Below are positions 41,350 to 50,988 of a stretch of DNA of 64,000 nucleotides, one piece after another. Where the stretch lies: NCBI GenBank assembly GCA_965218295.1, contig CBDCKN010000014.1:32001-96000 (forward strand), written 5' to 3'. Within the stretch, counting starts at the first letter, position 1. Every line of letters starts with the position of its first letter. Below the pieces are notes generated by a model. The model was not told the origin of the DNA. It was given only the letters and a program-made list of their open reading frames with translations, and did no database searches. The DNA comes from Longimicrobiales bacterium. GTDB taxonomy: Bacteria; Gemmatimonadota; Gemmatimonadetes; Longimicrobiales; Gaopeijiaceae. A program made the translations under genes and the position numbers.

Positions 41350-43695
41350 ATGACAGCCTCCGGCGTGGCTCAGCCCGATCAAGCGACCGGTCTTTCACTG
41401 GATACGCTCGACGCGGTTCAGCGAAGGGTCCTTTGGCTCGCAGTCAGCATGGTGCACCATGCGAACAGAGTGCGGAAGGTCGAATCCGGGGTGAAGGTCG
41501 GGGGGCACCAGGCGTCTTCGGCGTCGATGGTGAGCATCATGTCGGCGCTGTACTTCGGAGACCTGGGCGCCTCCGACCGGGTCTCGGTGAAGCCGCACGC
41601 GGCGCCGGTCCTTCATGCAATCAACTACCTTCTCGGCCAGCTCGACGCGAGTTACCTGACGCAGCTCCGTTCCTTTGGAGGGCTCCAGAGCTATCCCAGC
41701 CGGCTGAAGGATCCGGATCCGGTCGATTTTTCTACGGGTTCGGTGGGGATCGGGGCGACCAGCACGATCTGGAGCGCGATGGCACATCGGTATGTCTCGG
41801 ACCACTTCGATGTGCCCCGGGGAGGAAGACAGATCGCTCTCGTCGGCGACGCGGAGCTGGACGAAGGCGCCATATGGGAGGCGATTTCGGACCCGATGGT
41901 CCCGCGCCTCGATGAGGTCCTCTGGGTCGTCGACATCAACCGTCAGTCGCTCGATCGGGTCGTGCCGGAGATCGCCGTGGGGCGAATCGCGGCAATGTTC
42001 GAGGCGGCGGGTTGGCATACGGTAACGACCAAGTACGGTTCCAGGTTGCGTGAGTTGTTCTCGCGACCGGGAGGAGAGGGGCTACGCCAACGCATCGACA
42101 CGATGTCGAATCAAGAGTACCAGCGGCTTCTCGTCGCTGACCCGTCCGAGCTGAGGGAGCGACTTCCAGGTGGGGCGGGCTCCGAGCGTTCCGAGATTCA
42201 AAGGGTAATCAACGAACTCGACGACGGGGAGCTCCTCGGGGCTATCCGCGACCTCGGCGGCCACGACCTAGGGGATCTCCTTCAGGCGTTCCGCGAAACC
42301 GATGCGGTCTCCGACCGACCGTCCGTGGTCTTCGCCTATACGATCAAGGGCTGGCAATTGCCGATAGAGGGGCACCCCGCGAACCACTCTGCCCTCCTCA
42401 CTCAGGAGCAGTGGGAGCAGCTAGCCAGCCACCTCGGCGCCGACGCGGCGGAGCCCTGGGCGATGTTCGACTCCGACTCTGACGCTGGCCGACTTTGCCA
42501 CAGTGCGGCCGAGAGGCTGAAGCGCGATCCGATTCAGCTGACTCCCCTGCCGCGCATCCCTGTCGAACTTGGCCGGAGCCATACATCGTCCGTCTCTACG
42601 CAGCAGGCCTTCGGTCGTTTCTTCAGCGACCTCAGCAGGGAGGCCCCCGAAGTCACCCGGCACGTCGTCACAGTGAGCCCGGACGTGGCTTCTTCGACCA
42701 ACCTCGGCGGCTGGATCAACCGCGTCGGCGTCTGGAGCATGCGTGAGCAGCGCGACTGGTTCGCTGATGACTCGGGGACCGTTGTGCACTGGAGCGAGGG
42801 TGGTCAGGGCCAGCATATCGAGTTGGGGATCGCCGAGGATAACCTGGTCGGTCTTCTCGGGGAGCTCGGGTTGACCTGGGCGCGGGACTGGCAGCCACTC
42901 CTTCCGATCGGGACTTTGTACGACCCCTTCGTCAATCGGGCACTGGAGCCCTGGTCGTTCGGAATCTATGCGGGAGGTCAGTCGATCCTCGTCGGCACGC
43001 CGTCGGGGGTAACGCTGGCGCCCGAAGGTGGCGCCCACCAGTCGATCGGCACACCCTCGGTCGGCCTGGAGCAGCCCGGATGCGTGGCGTGGGAGCCTGC
43101 CTTCGGTCAGGATATGGAGTGGACCCTGCTGCACGCTCTATCCCAGCTCGGTCGCGCTGACGGTACCTCAGCATACTTCAGGCTCTCGACCCGACCGGTC
43201 GATGAGCGACTTGCCCAGGTCCCCGACGACCTCGGGCTCAGGGAGGCCCGACGAAAAACGGTGTTGGCCGGGGGCTATCGGCTGCGAATGGCGCCCCGAA
43301 ATCCGGAGGTCACGCTCGTCGGGGTCGGCGCCATCATGCCCGAAGTGTGCGAGGCAGCGGACGAGCTAGAGAGGTCGAACTTGGCGGTCGATGTCCTATG
43401 TCTGACGTCGCCGGACCTGATATTCCGTGCTATTCAGGCGAGGCAGGGGCTTTTAAGGGCCGACCATTCAGTTCTCGACCATCTCTTCCCGCCGGATCGC
43501 CGGTCACCGATCGTGACGGTGATGGATGGTCACCCGCACACCTTGGCGTTCCTAGGCGCCATCCACGCCGTTCGCATCGTTTCGCTGGGGGTAAGTGACT
43601 TCGGACAGTCCGGCGACATCCAGGATCTATACCGGCACTTCGGAATCGACAGCGACACGATCGTGGGTGCGGCGTTCGACGTGATGGAAGGGTGA
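41350..43695 (+). CDS. AceE-type pyruvate dehydrogenase E1/transketolase-like TPP enzyme
   Basis: KVGGHQASSAS, STGSVG, GDAELDEG..N TPP motif, ELGIAE, APEGGAHQS. Confidence 0.9.
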   Translation: MTASGVAQPDQATGLSLDTLDAVQRRVLWLAVSMVHHANRVRKVESGVKVGGHQASSASMVSIMSALYFGDLGASDRVSVKPHAAPVLHAINYLLGQLDASYLTQLRSFGGLQSYPSRLKDPDPVDFSTGSVGIGATSTIWSAMAHRYVSDHFDVPRGGRQIALVGDAELDEGAIWEAISDPMVPRLDEVLWVVDINRQSLDRVVPEIAVGRIAAMFEAAGWHTVTTKYGSRLRELFSRPGGEGLRQRIDTMSNQEYQRLLVADPSELRERLPGGAGSERSEIQRVINELDDGELLGAIRDLGGHDLGDLLQAFRETDAVSDRPSVVFAYTIKGWQLPIEGHPANHSALLTQEQWEQLASHLGADAAEPWAMFDSDSDAGRLCHSAAERLKRDPIQLTPLPRIPVELGRSHTSSVSTQQAFGRFFSDLSREAPEVTRHVVTVSPDVASSTNLGGWINRVGVWSMREQRDWFADDSGTVVHWSEGGQGQHIELGIAEDNLVGLLGELGLTWARDWQPLLPIGTLYDPFVNRALEPWSFGIYAGGQSILVGTPSGVTLAPEGGAHQSIGTPSVGLEQPGCVAWEPAFGQDMEWTLLHALSQLGRADGTSAYFRLSTRPVDERLAQVPDDLGLREARRKTVLAGGYRLRMAPRNPEVTLVGVGAIMPEVCEAADELERSNLAVDVLCLTSPDLIFRAIQARQGLLRADHSVLDHLFPPDRRSPIVTVMDGHPHTLAFLGAIHAVRIVSLGVSDFGQSGDIQDLYRHFGIDSDTIVGAAFDVMEG

Positions 43696-44087
43696 GGCAC
43701 CCTCGCGCTGAACCAGAATGAGGAAAGAGCTCCGAGCGAGATTCTCACGGCCAGATTCACGTCGAAGGATATAGCGAGGCGGAAGGCGGAGAATCCCTCC
43801 CGAGGCCGCGTGGAGAACGAATAGTAGGGGCGTTACTCAAAAGGGAGCCTCCTCGCGATTCCCTGACCAGAGCCGCACGCCACAGGAGCCGCCCCGTAAA
43901 TGCGTCGAGGGGGGGGTAGATCGACCTTTCCAGATCAAGCGATTACCGCGCATGTGCGGGATGTTATGGGCCTGTGCTGTCTCAGGCTGCGCTCCGCAGA
44001 CCGGGATCCCGGGGTGGCCGTGGGGTACTTCCAGCGGTCCGCGTTCTCGAACGGACGAGCCGTTCAACCTCGTCTAGGAGCGCAAGT

Positions 44088-44395
44088 ATGCCGTCTCAGA
44101 TCCGTCGTACAGAGTATTTCTACACAACCGTGAAGGATGAACCGGGCGACGCCTACAAGCTCCTCTCGCTGCTCGCGGAAGTGGGCGTGAATCTCCTCGC
44201 CTTTACCGCTGTGCCGATCGGTCCTCTACACACGCAGCTCACGCTCTTCCCCGCAGATCCGCCGAAGCTGACGCACGCGGCGAAGGACGCGGGCTTCGTC
44301 CTGGATGGGCCCCACCTCGCGTTCATCGTGAGCGGGGACGACGAGCTCGGAGCCCTCGCCGACATCCACTCCGAGCTCTACCGGGCGAACGTCAA
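44088..44395 (+). pseudogene. ACT-like hypothetical protein, 3'-truncated
   Basis: YFYTTVKDEPGDAYKLL..GVNLLAF..GDDELGALADIH. Confidence 0.55.
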
Positions 44396-44426
44396 CCGGT
44401 GGAAGAGGCTGCGGGGAGCGGGCTCT

Positions 44427-44575
44427 TCACAACGGGTACCGCTCCGCGAGGCGCCGGGCAATGACGAGCTGCTGGATCTCGTTCACCCTCTCCCCACGAT
44501 GAGGACGGACGTGTCGCGGTAGAATCGCTCGATGGGGAACTCCTGCGAGTAGCCGTACCACCGTGATTCGCATCG
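44427..44575 (-). pseudogene. Acyl-CoA dehydrogenase C-terminal fragment
   Basis: YGYSQEFPIERFYRD and NEIQQLVIARRL. Confidence 0.75.
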
Positions 44576-44589
44576 CCTCCAAGCCTCTC

Positions 44590-44857
44590 CGAGATCGAGT
44601 GGCTCTTTCGCAGCTGCAAGGGCGTGGACCTCGAGGTGCGACCGATCTACCACCGCAGAGAGGACCGGGTCCGGGCTCACGTCTTCCTCTATATGCTGGC
44701 GTACTATGTGGAGTGGCACATGAGGCGGGCTCTGGCCCCGCTGCTCTTCGACGAGGAGGACCCGGCCGGGGCCGAGGCCCGGCGGACCACCGTCGTGGCT
44801 CCGGTCCAGCGCTCTCGGACCACCCAGAAGAAAGCCCAGCGGACCCGCCACCAATAG
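44590..44857 (+). mobile_element. IS1634-family transposase C-terminal fragment
   Basis: DLEVRPIYHRREDRVRAHVFLYMLAYYVEWHMR. Confidence 0.85.
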
Positions 44858-44932
44858 AAAAAGCAAAGCAGCACAAGGAATCCCATATTCGACGTAGCCG
44901 GGATCTTCGGCCCAAGCTTTACTAGCTCAGCC

Positions 44933-46378
44933 TCAGTCTCGGTCTGGCGGAGTCCACATACGGTTGTACTTAACTGGCATGTACTGATCACCACGGATAA
45001 AGCGCGAGGTGTAACTCCCGTCCAACGACCTCGCCAGCTCATTGAGGTGCTCCGGGTCCGTGCTCCCCCAGCTTCCGGTGTCCAGGCGGTGCATCATAGT
45101 TTCAATCAGGGCATGGCTTTCTGTAGGGGTGAAACCACAGTGCGTAGGCGCCTCGATGATTGCTGTGCGGTACAGGTCATCCTTGCCGTTTGCGCGTACC
45201 AGATCGGTATAACCTTGGGCCAAGCTAAGGGGAGCTAGAGGATCTCCGATCTCGTGCATCCGCAGAACCGGAACCTGCGGATCGCCCACGTAATTGCGCC
45301 CGGGCGCACTCCACCACTCGATTGCCTCTTCGTCCGCCGAGATGCGGGGAAACGCGTTGATCCGCTTGAGATCATCCTGAAGATCAAGACCGGCTTCCTG
45401 ATACAGCTGACGAACCGCTCGCTTGTTGAACTCGTTGCCGTTGTTGAAAAACTCCCTGTAGTCGACGCCGGTGTTCCACGATAACTGAGTCGACCGCTCA
45501 AAGCCGGCCGTGTTCTCGAACATGTACCGTGATATACCGCCTATTTGGCGGGGGGCGGCACCAAGGAGAACACTCTGGTACATACTGTACTGAAGCGCAG
45601 CTACATCGTTCCGATCCGGATTCGGCTCCGTCGGGGTCGTCCATTCCGTTTCCTGTCCGATCGTCATGGCAAGCGCAATACGGGCCCGGCCCCCCGGAGT
45701 CTGCTGGGCAGCCCTGATCGCTTGGCGCCACGCAAAAGCGAGTGAGGTGTATTCTGGTCGTAGGGAAGAGCTATGAGGAAGATCCACGATACGCAGGTCA
45801 GGAGCGATCAACGCCTTCAGGACAAACCACTTGTCCAGCTTCGTATTCATCAACCACACCCGGTTTGGCGCGGCCGTGGCGATCACGCCATCGACCCGGT
45901 CGGAGAAATCCTCCGCAATGGCGAGCCCGGCGTGGCCGCCTCCGGAGCATCCATATTGGATGACTCGATCCGGCTTACGGAAGTGCTCCTCGAACACATC
46001 AAGCACCGTATTGAGATGCCTAATCTCTCTCGCGGGATCGTAGTTGCCGACCCATCGGCGCTCATGCCGGGCCGTTCCTGATACGGCGTACCCCTTTTCG
46101 AGCAGGTATAGATAACGATCGCTGTTGGCACCAGAGGCATAGTCCAGATCCCTGATGAGCGTTCCGTTCCAGTTGGATGGAACCCGCATCAGGTACCGCG
46201 TTCCATCGCCAAGCGTACCTCCCTCCTCGGTGTACGTTACCTGCGCGGTGGTCCCGGTGCCGCACCCGATCATCAGCCCAACAAGGAAGGCGACAATCGA
46301 CGCCACAAGCAGTCGGCCTCCAAGATCTCTCGCTGGCGAAAGGGCACCACGGGGGCCAGCCGGCGTTGTTCTCATCAT
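44933..46378 (-). CDS. Secreted alpha/beta hydrolase, phthalyl-amidase-like (copy 2, lipobox)
   Basis: Close paralog of 17174..18616. Confidence 0.8.
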   Translation of the reverse strand: MMRTTPAGPRGALSPARDLGGRLLVASIVAFLVGLMIGCGTGTTAQVTYTEEGGTLGDGTRYLMRVPSNWNGTLIRDLDYASGANSDRYLYLLEKGYAVSGTARHERRWVGNYDPAREIRHLNTVLDVFEEHFRKPDRVIQYGCSGGGHAGLAIAEDFSDRVDGVIATAAPNRVWLMNTKLDKWFVLKALIAPDLRIVDLPHSSSLRPEYTSLAFAWRQAIRAAQQTPGGRARIALAMTIGQETEWTTPTEPNPDRNDVAALQYSMYQSVLLGAAPRQIGGISRYMFENTAGFERSTQLSWNTGVDYREFFNNGNEFNKRAVRQLYQEAGLDLQDDLKRINAFPRISADEEAIEWWSAPGRNYVGDPQVPVLRMHEIGDPLAPLSLAQGYTDLVRANGKDDLYRTAIIEAPTHCGFTPTESHALIETMMHRLDTGSWGSTDPEHLNELARSLDGSYTSRFIRGDQYMPVKYNRMWTPPDRD

Positions 46379-46479
46379 CGTTGTCTCCTTTGCATCGTCT
46401 CAGACCTGCAAACCTGGGACCTGATCCACGTCGTTTCCGTTTCCCCGTTTCCGTTTCCCACAGGGCGATCGTGATTGCG

Positions 46480-46508
46480 GAAGTAGGTTGGACATCTAAT
46501 CCTGTCAA
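46480..46508 (-). promoter_or_regulatory. Sigma70 promoter with operator-like spacer (copy 2)
   Basis: TTGACA-17bp-TACTTC; spacer holds imperfect palindrome TTAGATGTCCAA. Confidence 0.5.
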
Positions 46509-46542
46509 GGGGTTACCTTATGGGCCATGTTGCTGTAGCAGG

Positions 46543-46640
46543 TGAGGTGCTCCCCGAGATCTGATCCGGTTTTTCTCCGATTCCTCAGACGAGAGGAGGG
46601 ATCATGAGACGGAGTCGATTCACCGAGGAGCAGATCATCG
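46543..46640 (+). mobile_element. IS3-family left-end remnant
   Basis: TGAGGTGCTCCCC end and MRRSRFTEEQII orfA start. Confidence 0.75.
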
Positions 46641-47184
46641 ACCCCCTCGGCCCGTTCGGGACGCCCCCCACATCCCGAAGGCATCCTGAATCAAACGGCC
46701 CGGTGCATTTGGGCTGGCTGGATGAAGCTGCCTGCCGCATGATGGACGTGCGGGGTGAGCGCAGGAGACGCTGAACTGTCACCCATCAACCCGTGACGTT
46801 CTGTCACCCATCAGCTTGCTGGTTCACTGCCGGCAACAGGTGGTAGGAGCCCGAGGCAACCGCTGGCCGGGGCCGCCTAGCGGTCGGAACGGCCGGTGAC
46901 ACGACTGGGCCACCTTCTTCGAATCGAAGATCCTGTGCCGTGAGCGCACGAAAAGGCGCGTGAAGCTCTCTTCCCTTGATCGGAGTGAGCCCGGGAAGGA
47001 TGGCCAGGAGTTCGGGGGAAGCCGCTCTCAGCATGGTCGTCTCAGGAAGAACGACTCCGTGGACTTCGTGCGCCCCTTGCGCTCTGCTTTTTCAGAGGCG
47101 AGGTTGCCGGTTCCGCTCGGGCCCTCCGCCCTTCGCTCGAGTTCGCCAACCCGTACTCGTTATCCGACATGCCTCGGCGCGGGT

Positions 47185-47493
47185 AGGGCAAGGATCGCCC
47201 AGACGCGCTGACGCACGCGGTCGTTGTCGCGGTGCTTCTCGACGATCTGGAGCTACTCGTACGGCCCCGACTGCTTCGCTCGGAGGAACATGGGCCTTCT
47301 CGGTCTCCACTACATGGGAAGATTAGGAAGAATACATGGTGCGCCTCCTTGTGCTTGTGCTGGGGCGGGTGAAGATTTGCGCTTCGGGCTCCTGACACCT
47401 TCAGCCTACGCCTATGCCTGGGGAGGCGCGACTTCTTTCCCAGGCCTTTCACTGCATCAGGGTTGAGGTGTCCACGAAACCGGGTCAACTCCA
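47185..47493 (-). mobile_element. Stacked IS remnants: IS3-like end, unknown IS left end, IS1634 N-terminus
   Basis: TGGAGTTGACCCGGTTTCGTGGACAC end; MFLRAKQSGPYE*LQIVEKHRDNDRVRQRV. Confidence 0.65.
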
Positions 47494-47697
47494 CGGCAGA
47501 GGCGCTCGATGCACCCCCCTCCGGTCCGGTTGTTCCCACGGGGAGGGAGGGAGACCCCAGGGGGGGCGAGCGAGGGCCCTCGATCCCCTCCGCTCTGACC
47601 GGCCGCAGGGCCCTAGTTTCGTGGCCGATGTCCACCACCCCCCTACCCGGAGCCGTTCGGGGGAGAACCCCACAGCCCCGGCCCCGGGGAGAGACCG

Positions 47698-49224
47698 ATG
47701 AGCGAGGACGGACTTCTCAGGCGCAACGTGCTCCGGTCCCTCGACTACGTCGAGCGGGTCGGGAACCGGCTCCCGGACCCCGTCACCATCTTCATCCTCT
47801 TCAGCTTCCTCGTGCTGGGAGTGTCGTGGGCGGCGGCGGTCCTCGGCGTCCGGGCCACCCACCCGGGGACCGGGGAGGACGTGACTGCGATCAACCTCCT
47901 CACCAGCGAGAATGTTCAGCGGATGCTCGTGGAGATGCCCCGGACGTTCACCGACTTCCCGCCCCTAGGCATCGTCCTCCTCGTCATGCTCGGGATCGGG
48001 GTGGCCGAGCGGACCGGCCTCATCGAGACGGTCCTCAAGGTTTCCGTCCGGAGCATGCCTCCACGCTTCATCACGGGGGCCATCGTCCTGGCTGGGATCC
48101 TCTCGAGCATCGGTGTGATCGCCGGGTACGTGGTGGTACTCCCCCTGGGTGCCCTCGTTTTCCACGGGATCGGCCGTCACCCCATCGCCGGGCTCGCCGC
48201 CGCCTTCGCCGGCGTTTCCGCCGGGTTAACTGCGAACCTCTTCCTCACCCCCCTCGACCCCCTCCTGACCAGCTTCACCCAGCCGGCGGCCCAGCTCCTG
48301 GACCCCGAATACGTCGTGGACCCCACGGCGAACTACTGGCTCATGATGGCCCTCGTCCCCGTCTTCACCGTGGCGGGGATCTACGTCACCGAAAACGTCC
48401 TGGAGCCACACCTGGGCCCGTACGAGGGGAAGGTGGTCCTGGAGGAAGTGGAGGAGGACACACTCACGCCGGAGGAGCGGAAGGGGCTCTGGACCGCCGC
48501 CGTCGTCGCCCTCCTCACCCTCGCCGTCGTCGCCCTCATGGTGGTGCCGGAGAACGGGATCCTCCGGGGCGAGAACGGGGAGATCACCCCCTTCCTGAGC
48601 AGCATCGTGTCCCTGATGCTCTTCGTCTTCCTTCTTCCGGGCCTCGCCTACGGGATGGTGACCCGGAAGATCAAGAGCGACCGGGACGTGGCCCGGATGA
48701 CCGCCGACGCCATGGCGAGCATGGGTCACTACATCGTCCTCGCATTCGTCGCGGCCCACTTCATCGCCTTCTTCGCCTGGTCGAACCTGGGCCTGATTCT
48801 GGCCATCACCGGGGCGGACCTGCTCCGGGCCGTGGGGTTCACCGGCATCCCTCTATTCGTCTCCTTCGTCTTCGTCTCGGCCTTCATCAACCTCTTCATC
48901 GCAAGCATGTCAGCGAAGTGGGCCATCATGTCCCCCATCTTCGTCCCCATGTTCATGCTTCTGGGCTACTCGCCGGAGCTGACCCAGGCGGCGTACCGGA
49001 TCGGGGACTCCTTCACCAACATCCTCACTCCCCTCCTCCCCTACTACCCCCTTGTGATTACCTTCGCCCGGAAGTACGAAGAGGACATTAGGATCGGGAC
49101 CCTCCTCAGCGCGATGCTCCCATACTCCCTCGCCTACGGCGCGCTCGGAATTGGGATGGTGGTCCTCTGGATGGCCTTCGGGTTCCCCCTGGGACCGGAC
49201 GTTTCGATGTACTACAGGCCCTAG
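47698..49224 (+). CDS. abgT: AbgT family transporter
   Basis: VERVGNRLPDP, FPPLG, GRHPIAG, DPTANYW, AAYRIGDSFTNILTP. Confidence 0.93.
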   Translation: MSEDGLLRRNVLRSLDYVERVGNRLPDPVTIFILFSFLVLGVSWAAAVLGVRATHPGTGEDVTAINLLTSENVQRMLVEMPRTFTDFPPLGIVLLVMLGIGVAERTGLIETVLKVSVRSMPPRFITGAIVLAGILSSIGVIAGYVVVLPLGALVFHGIGRHPIAGLAAAFAGVSAGLTANLFLTPLDPLLTSFTQPAAQLLDPEYVVDPTANYWLMMALVPVFTVAGIYVTENVLEPHLGPYEGKVVLEEVEEDTLTPEERKGLWTAAVVALLTLAVVALMVVPENGILRGENGEITPFLSSIVSLMLFVFLLPGLAYGMVTRKIKSDRDVARMTADAMASMGHYIVLAFVAAHFIAFFAWSNLGLILAITGADLLRAVGFTGIPLFVSFVFVSAFINLFIASMSAKWAIMSPIFVPMFMLLGYSPELTQAAYRIGDSFTNILTPLLPYYPLVITFARKYEEDIRIGTLLSAMLPYSLAYGALGIGMVVLWMAFGFPLGPDVSMYYRP

Positions 49225-49266
49225 CTCAGCTTACGTGCGAAGAGTGGTAGCAAACGAGTCAAGTTT

Positions 49267-49835
49267 TCAGGCAGCGAGCCGTAGCTGTCCACAGCAGTCA
49301 TCCATGGCCTCCTCGATGCGGCGGAAGGCAACGTGGAGCTTCAAGCCTGGTCTGGATTCGGTTTCGAGCACCTGGGCGAGCCCGTCGCGCACGATACGGG
49401 CGTAGGCCCGGGTGAAGGAGAGGGTGGCTCGGAGCCCGAAGTCAGTCAGCCGGTAGCGGTGGCGGCCCTCCATGCGCTCGATGAGCCCATGCAGACGGAG
49501 TCGCCGGAGGTCGTAGGTCATCCGGCCCGGGGTGATGTGGCCGGGATCGATCCCCAGCAGTGGAGCGACATACTCCCGCAGATCGCGATTGGAAAACCCG
49601 CGGGGCTGGAGACGGAAGACCACCAGGGCGGACAACAGCTTCTGCACGCGCTCGTCGTCGAAGCGAAGAGCCGAGACCCGCCGACCGTTCACCTTGAGGG
49701 GTCGAGCCACCTGGCGGGAAGCGTCCTCACCGATTCGGCAGTCGTGGGTCAGTCGTTGGACGTCCAGGAGACGTCGGTTGGCCTGGAAGCCGACCTGGCG
49801 TAGCACCGGGAGGTTCTTGAGCCGCCTGCCGATTG
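49267..49835 (-). mobile_element. Transposase-like C-terminal fragment (unclassified family, wHTH tail)
   Basis: ANRRLLDVQ, GFSNRDLR, MTYDLRRLRLHGLIER..HRYRLT. Confidence 0.7.
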
Positions 49836-49966
49836 AGGTTCTCGCTACAGCGGATCCTCTGGTGGAGGACGATGGTGCCCTCCTGGTCGAGGATGCAGAG
49901 GTAGAGGGTTCGGGCATGGAGGTCGACGTCGCAGTAGTGCAGGTGCTACTTTCGATAGAATCGCAT
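49836..49966 (-). mobile_element. IS110-family recombinase N-terminal fragment
   Basis: MRFYRK*HLHYCDVDLHARTLYLCILDQEG. Confidence 0.75.
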
Positions 49967-50067
49967 GGTCCCCTCTTGGGCGTGATGTGGAATCGCAATC
50001 AACATCCTTTGAAGACGACTACTATTGTGAATAACGTGTTCGCAGCCAATCGATGGAGGAAGGCGAC

Positions 50068-50862
50068 ATGACGGCAATCACTGAAAAAGACCCCCTGAAG
50101 GTGTACTGGCAGCCAGGCTGCTCGAGTTGCCTGAAGACCAAGGAATTCCTCATCTCGAACGGCATTGAGTTCGAGTCCATCAACGTGCTCGAGGACGAGA
50201 ATGCCTTCAAGGAGCTCGAAGCCCTGGGCGTTCGGATGGTGCCCATCGTCGCTCGCGGGAAGGACTGGGCCAACGGCCAGGTGTTCCGGGACGTCGCTCG
50301 GGTGGCTGGGTTTGCGTGGAGCGGGCACAAGATGCTCTCGCCTGAGGAGATGGTGGCACGGATCAACAACGTTCTGGAAGGGGCAATGCGCTTTCTCCGC
50401 CAGATCCCGGAGGAGAAACTCGACACCATGCTCCCCGGCCGTCCGCGCTCTTACCGCCAGCTTGCCTACCACATCTTCCAGATCCCCGACGTGCTTTTGG
50501 ACCGCGTCGAGCGGGACGTGCCCTATACCTACGAGTCGCTGCTGGGCCAACTTCCGCCGCAATTGAAGACCAAGGACGATCTGCTGAGCTACGCCGCAGG
50601 CGTAAAGGCGCGGCTGAGCGCCTGGTGGGAGAGCAAGGGACGAGAGACTGATTTCAATCAGCCCGGCAAGGTCTATTACGGCGACGTCACCCTACACGAG
50701 GTGCTCGAGCGCACCGGCTGGCACTCGGGACAACACACACGCCAGCTCATGCTTGCTGTGGGAAAGCTCGGCATCGAGCCGGATGAGCCGCTGACCGGCG
50801 CAGACTTTGCGGGTCTTCCCATGCCGAAGAACGTCTGGGACGACGAGAAGACCTGGGATTAG
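50068..50862 (+). CDS. Glutaredoxin-like (CSSC) + DinB-like domain protein
   Basis: YWQPGCSSC, MVPIV, LAYHIF, WHSGQHTRQL. Confidence 0.8.
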   Translation: MTAITEKDPLKVYWQPGCSSCLKTKEFLISNGIEFESINVLEDENAFKELEALGVRMVPIVARGKDWANGQVFRDVARVAGFAWSGHKMLSPEEMVARINNVLEGAMRFLRQIPEEKLDTMLPGRPRSYRQLAYHIFQIPDVLLDRVERDVPYTYESLLGQLPPQLKTKDDLLSYAAGVKARLSAWWESKGRETDFNQPGKVYYGDVTLHEVLERTGWHSGQHTRQLMLAVGKLGIEPDEPLTGADFAGLPMPKNVWDDEKTWD

Positions 50863-50988
50863 CCAAGAAAGGCTTGGAGTTTTGGCCTGGGCACCGCGCG
50901 GGCAGACTCCGGTCTTGCAGTACAACTACGCCCATGCCCGGGGGAGGCGCGACTTCTTTTCCGGGCCTTTCAATTCAATGCCTCAGCC

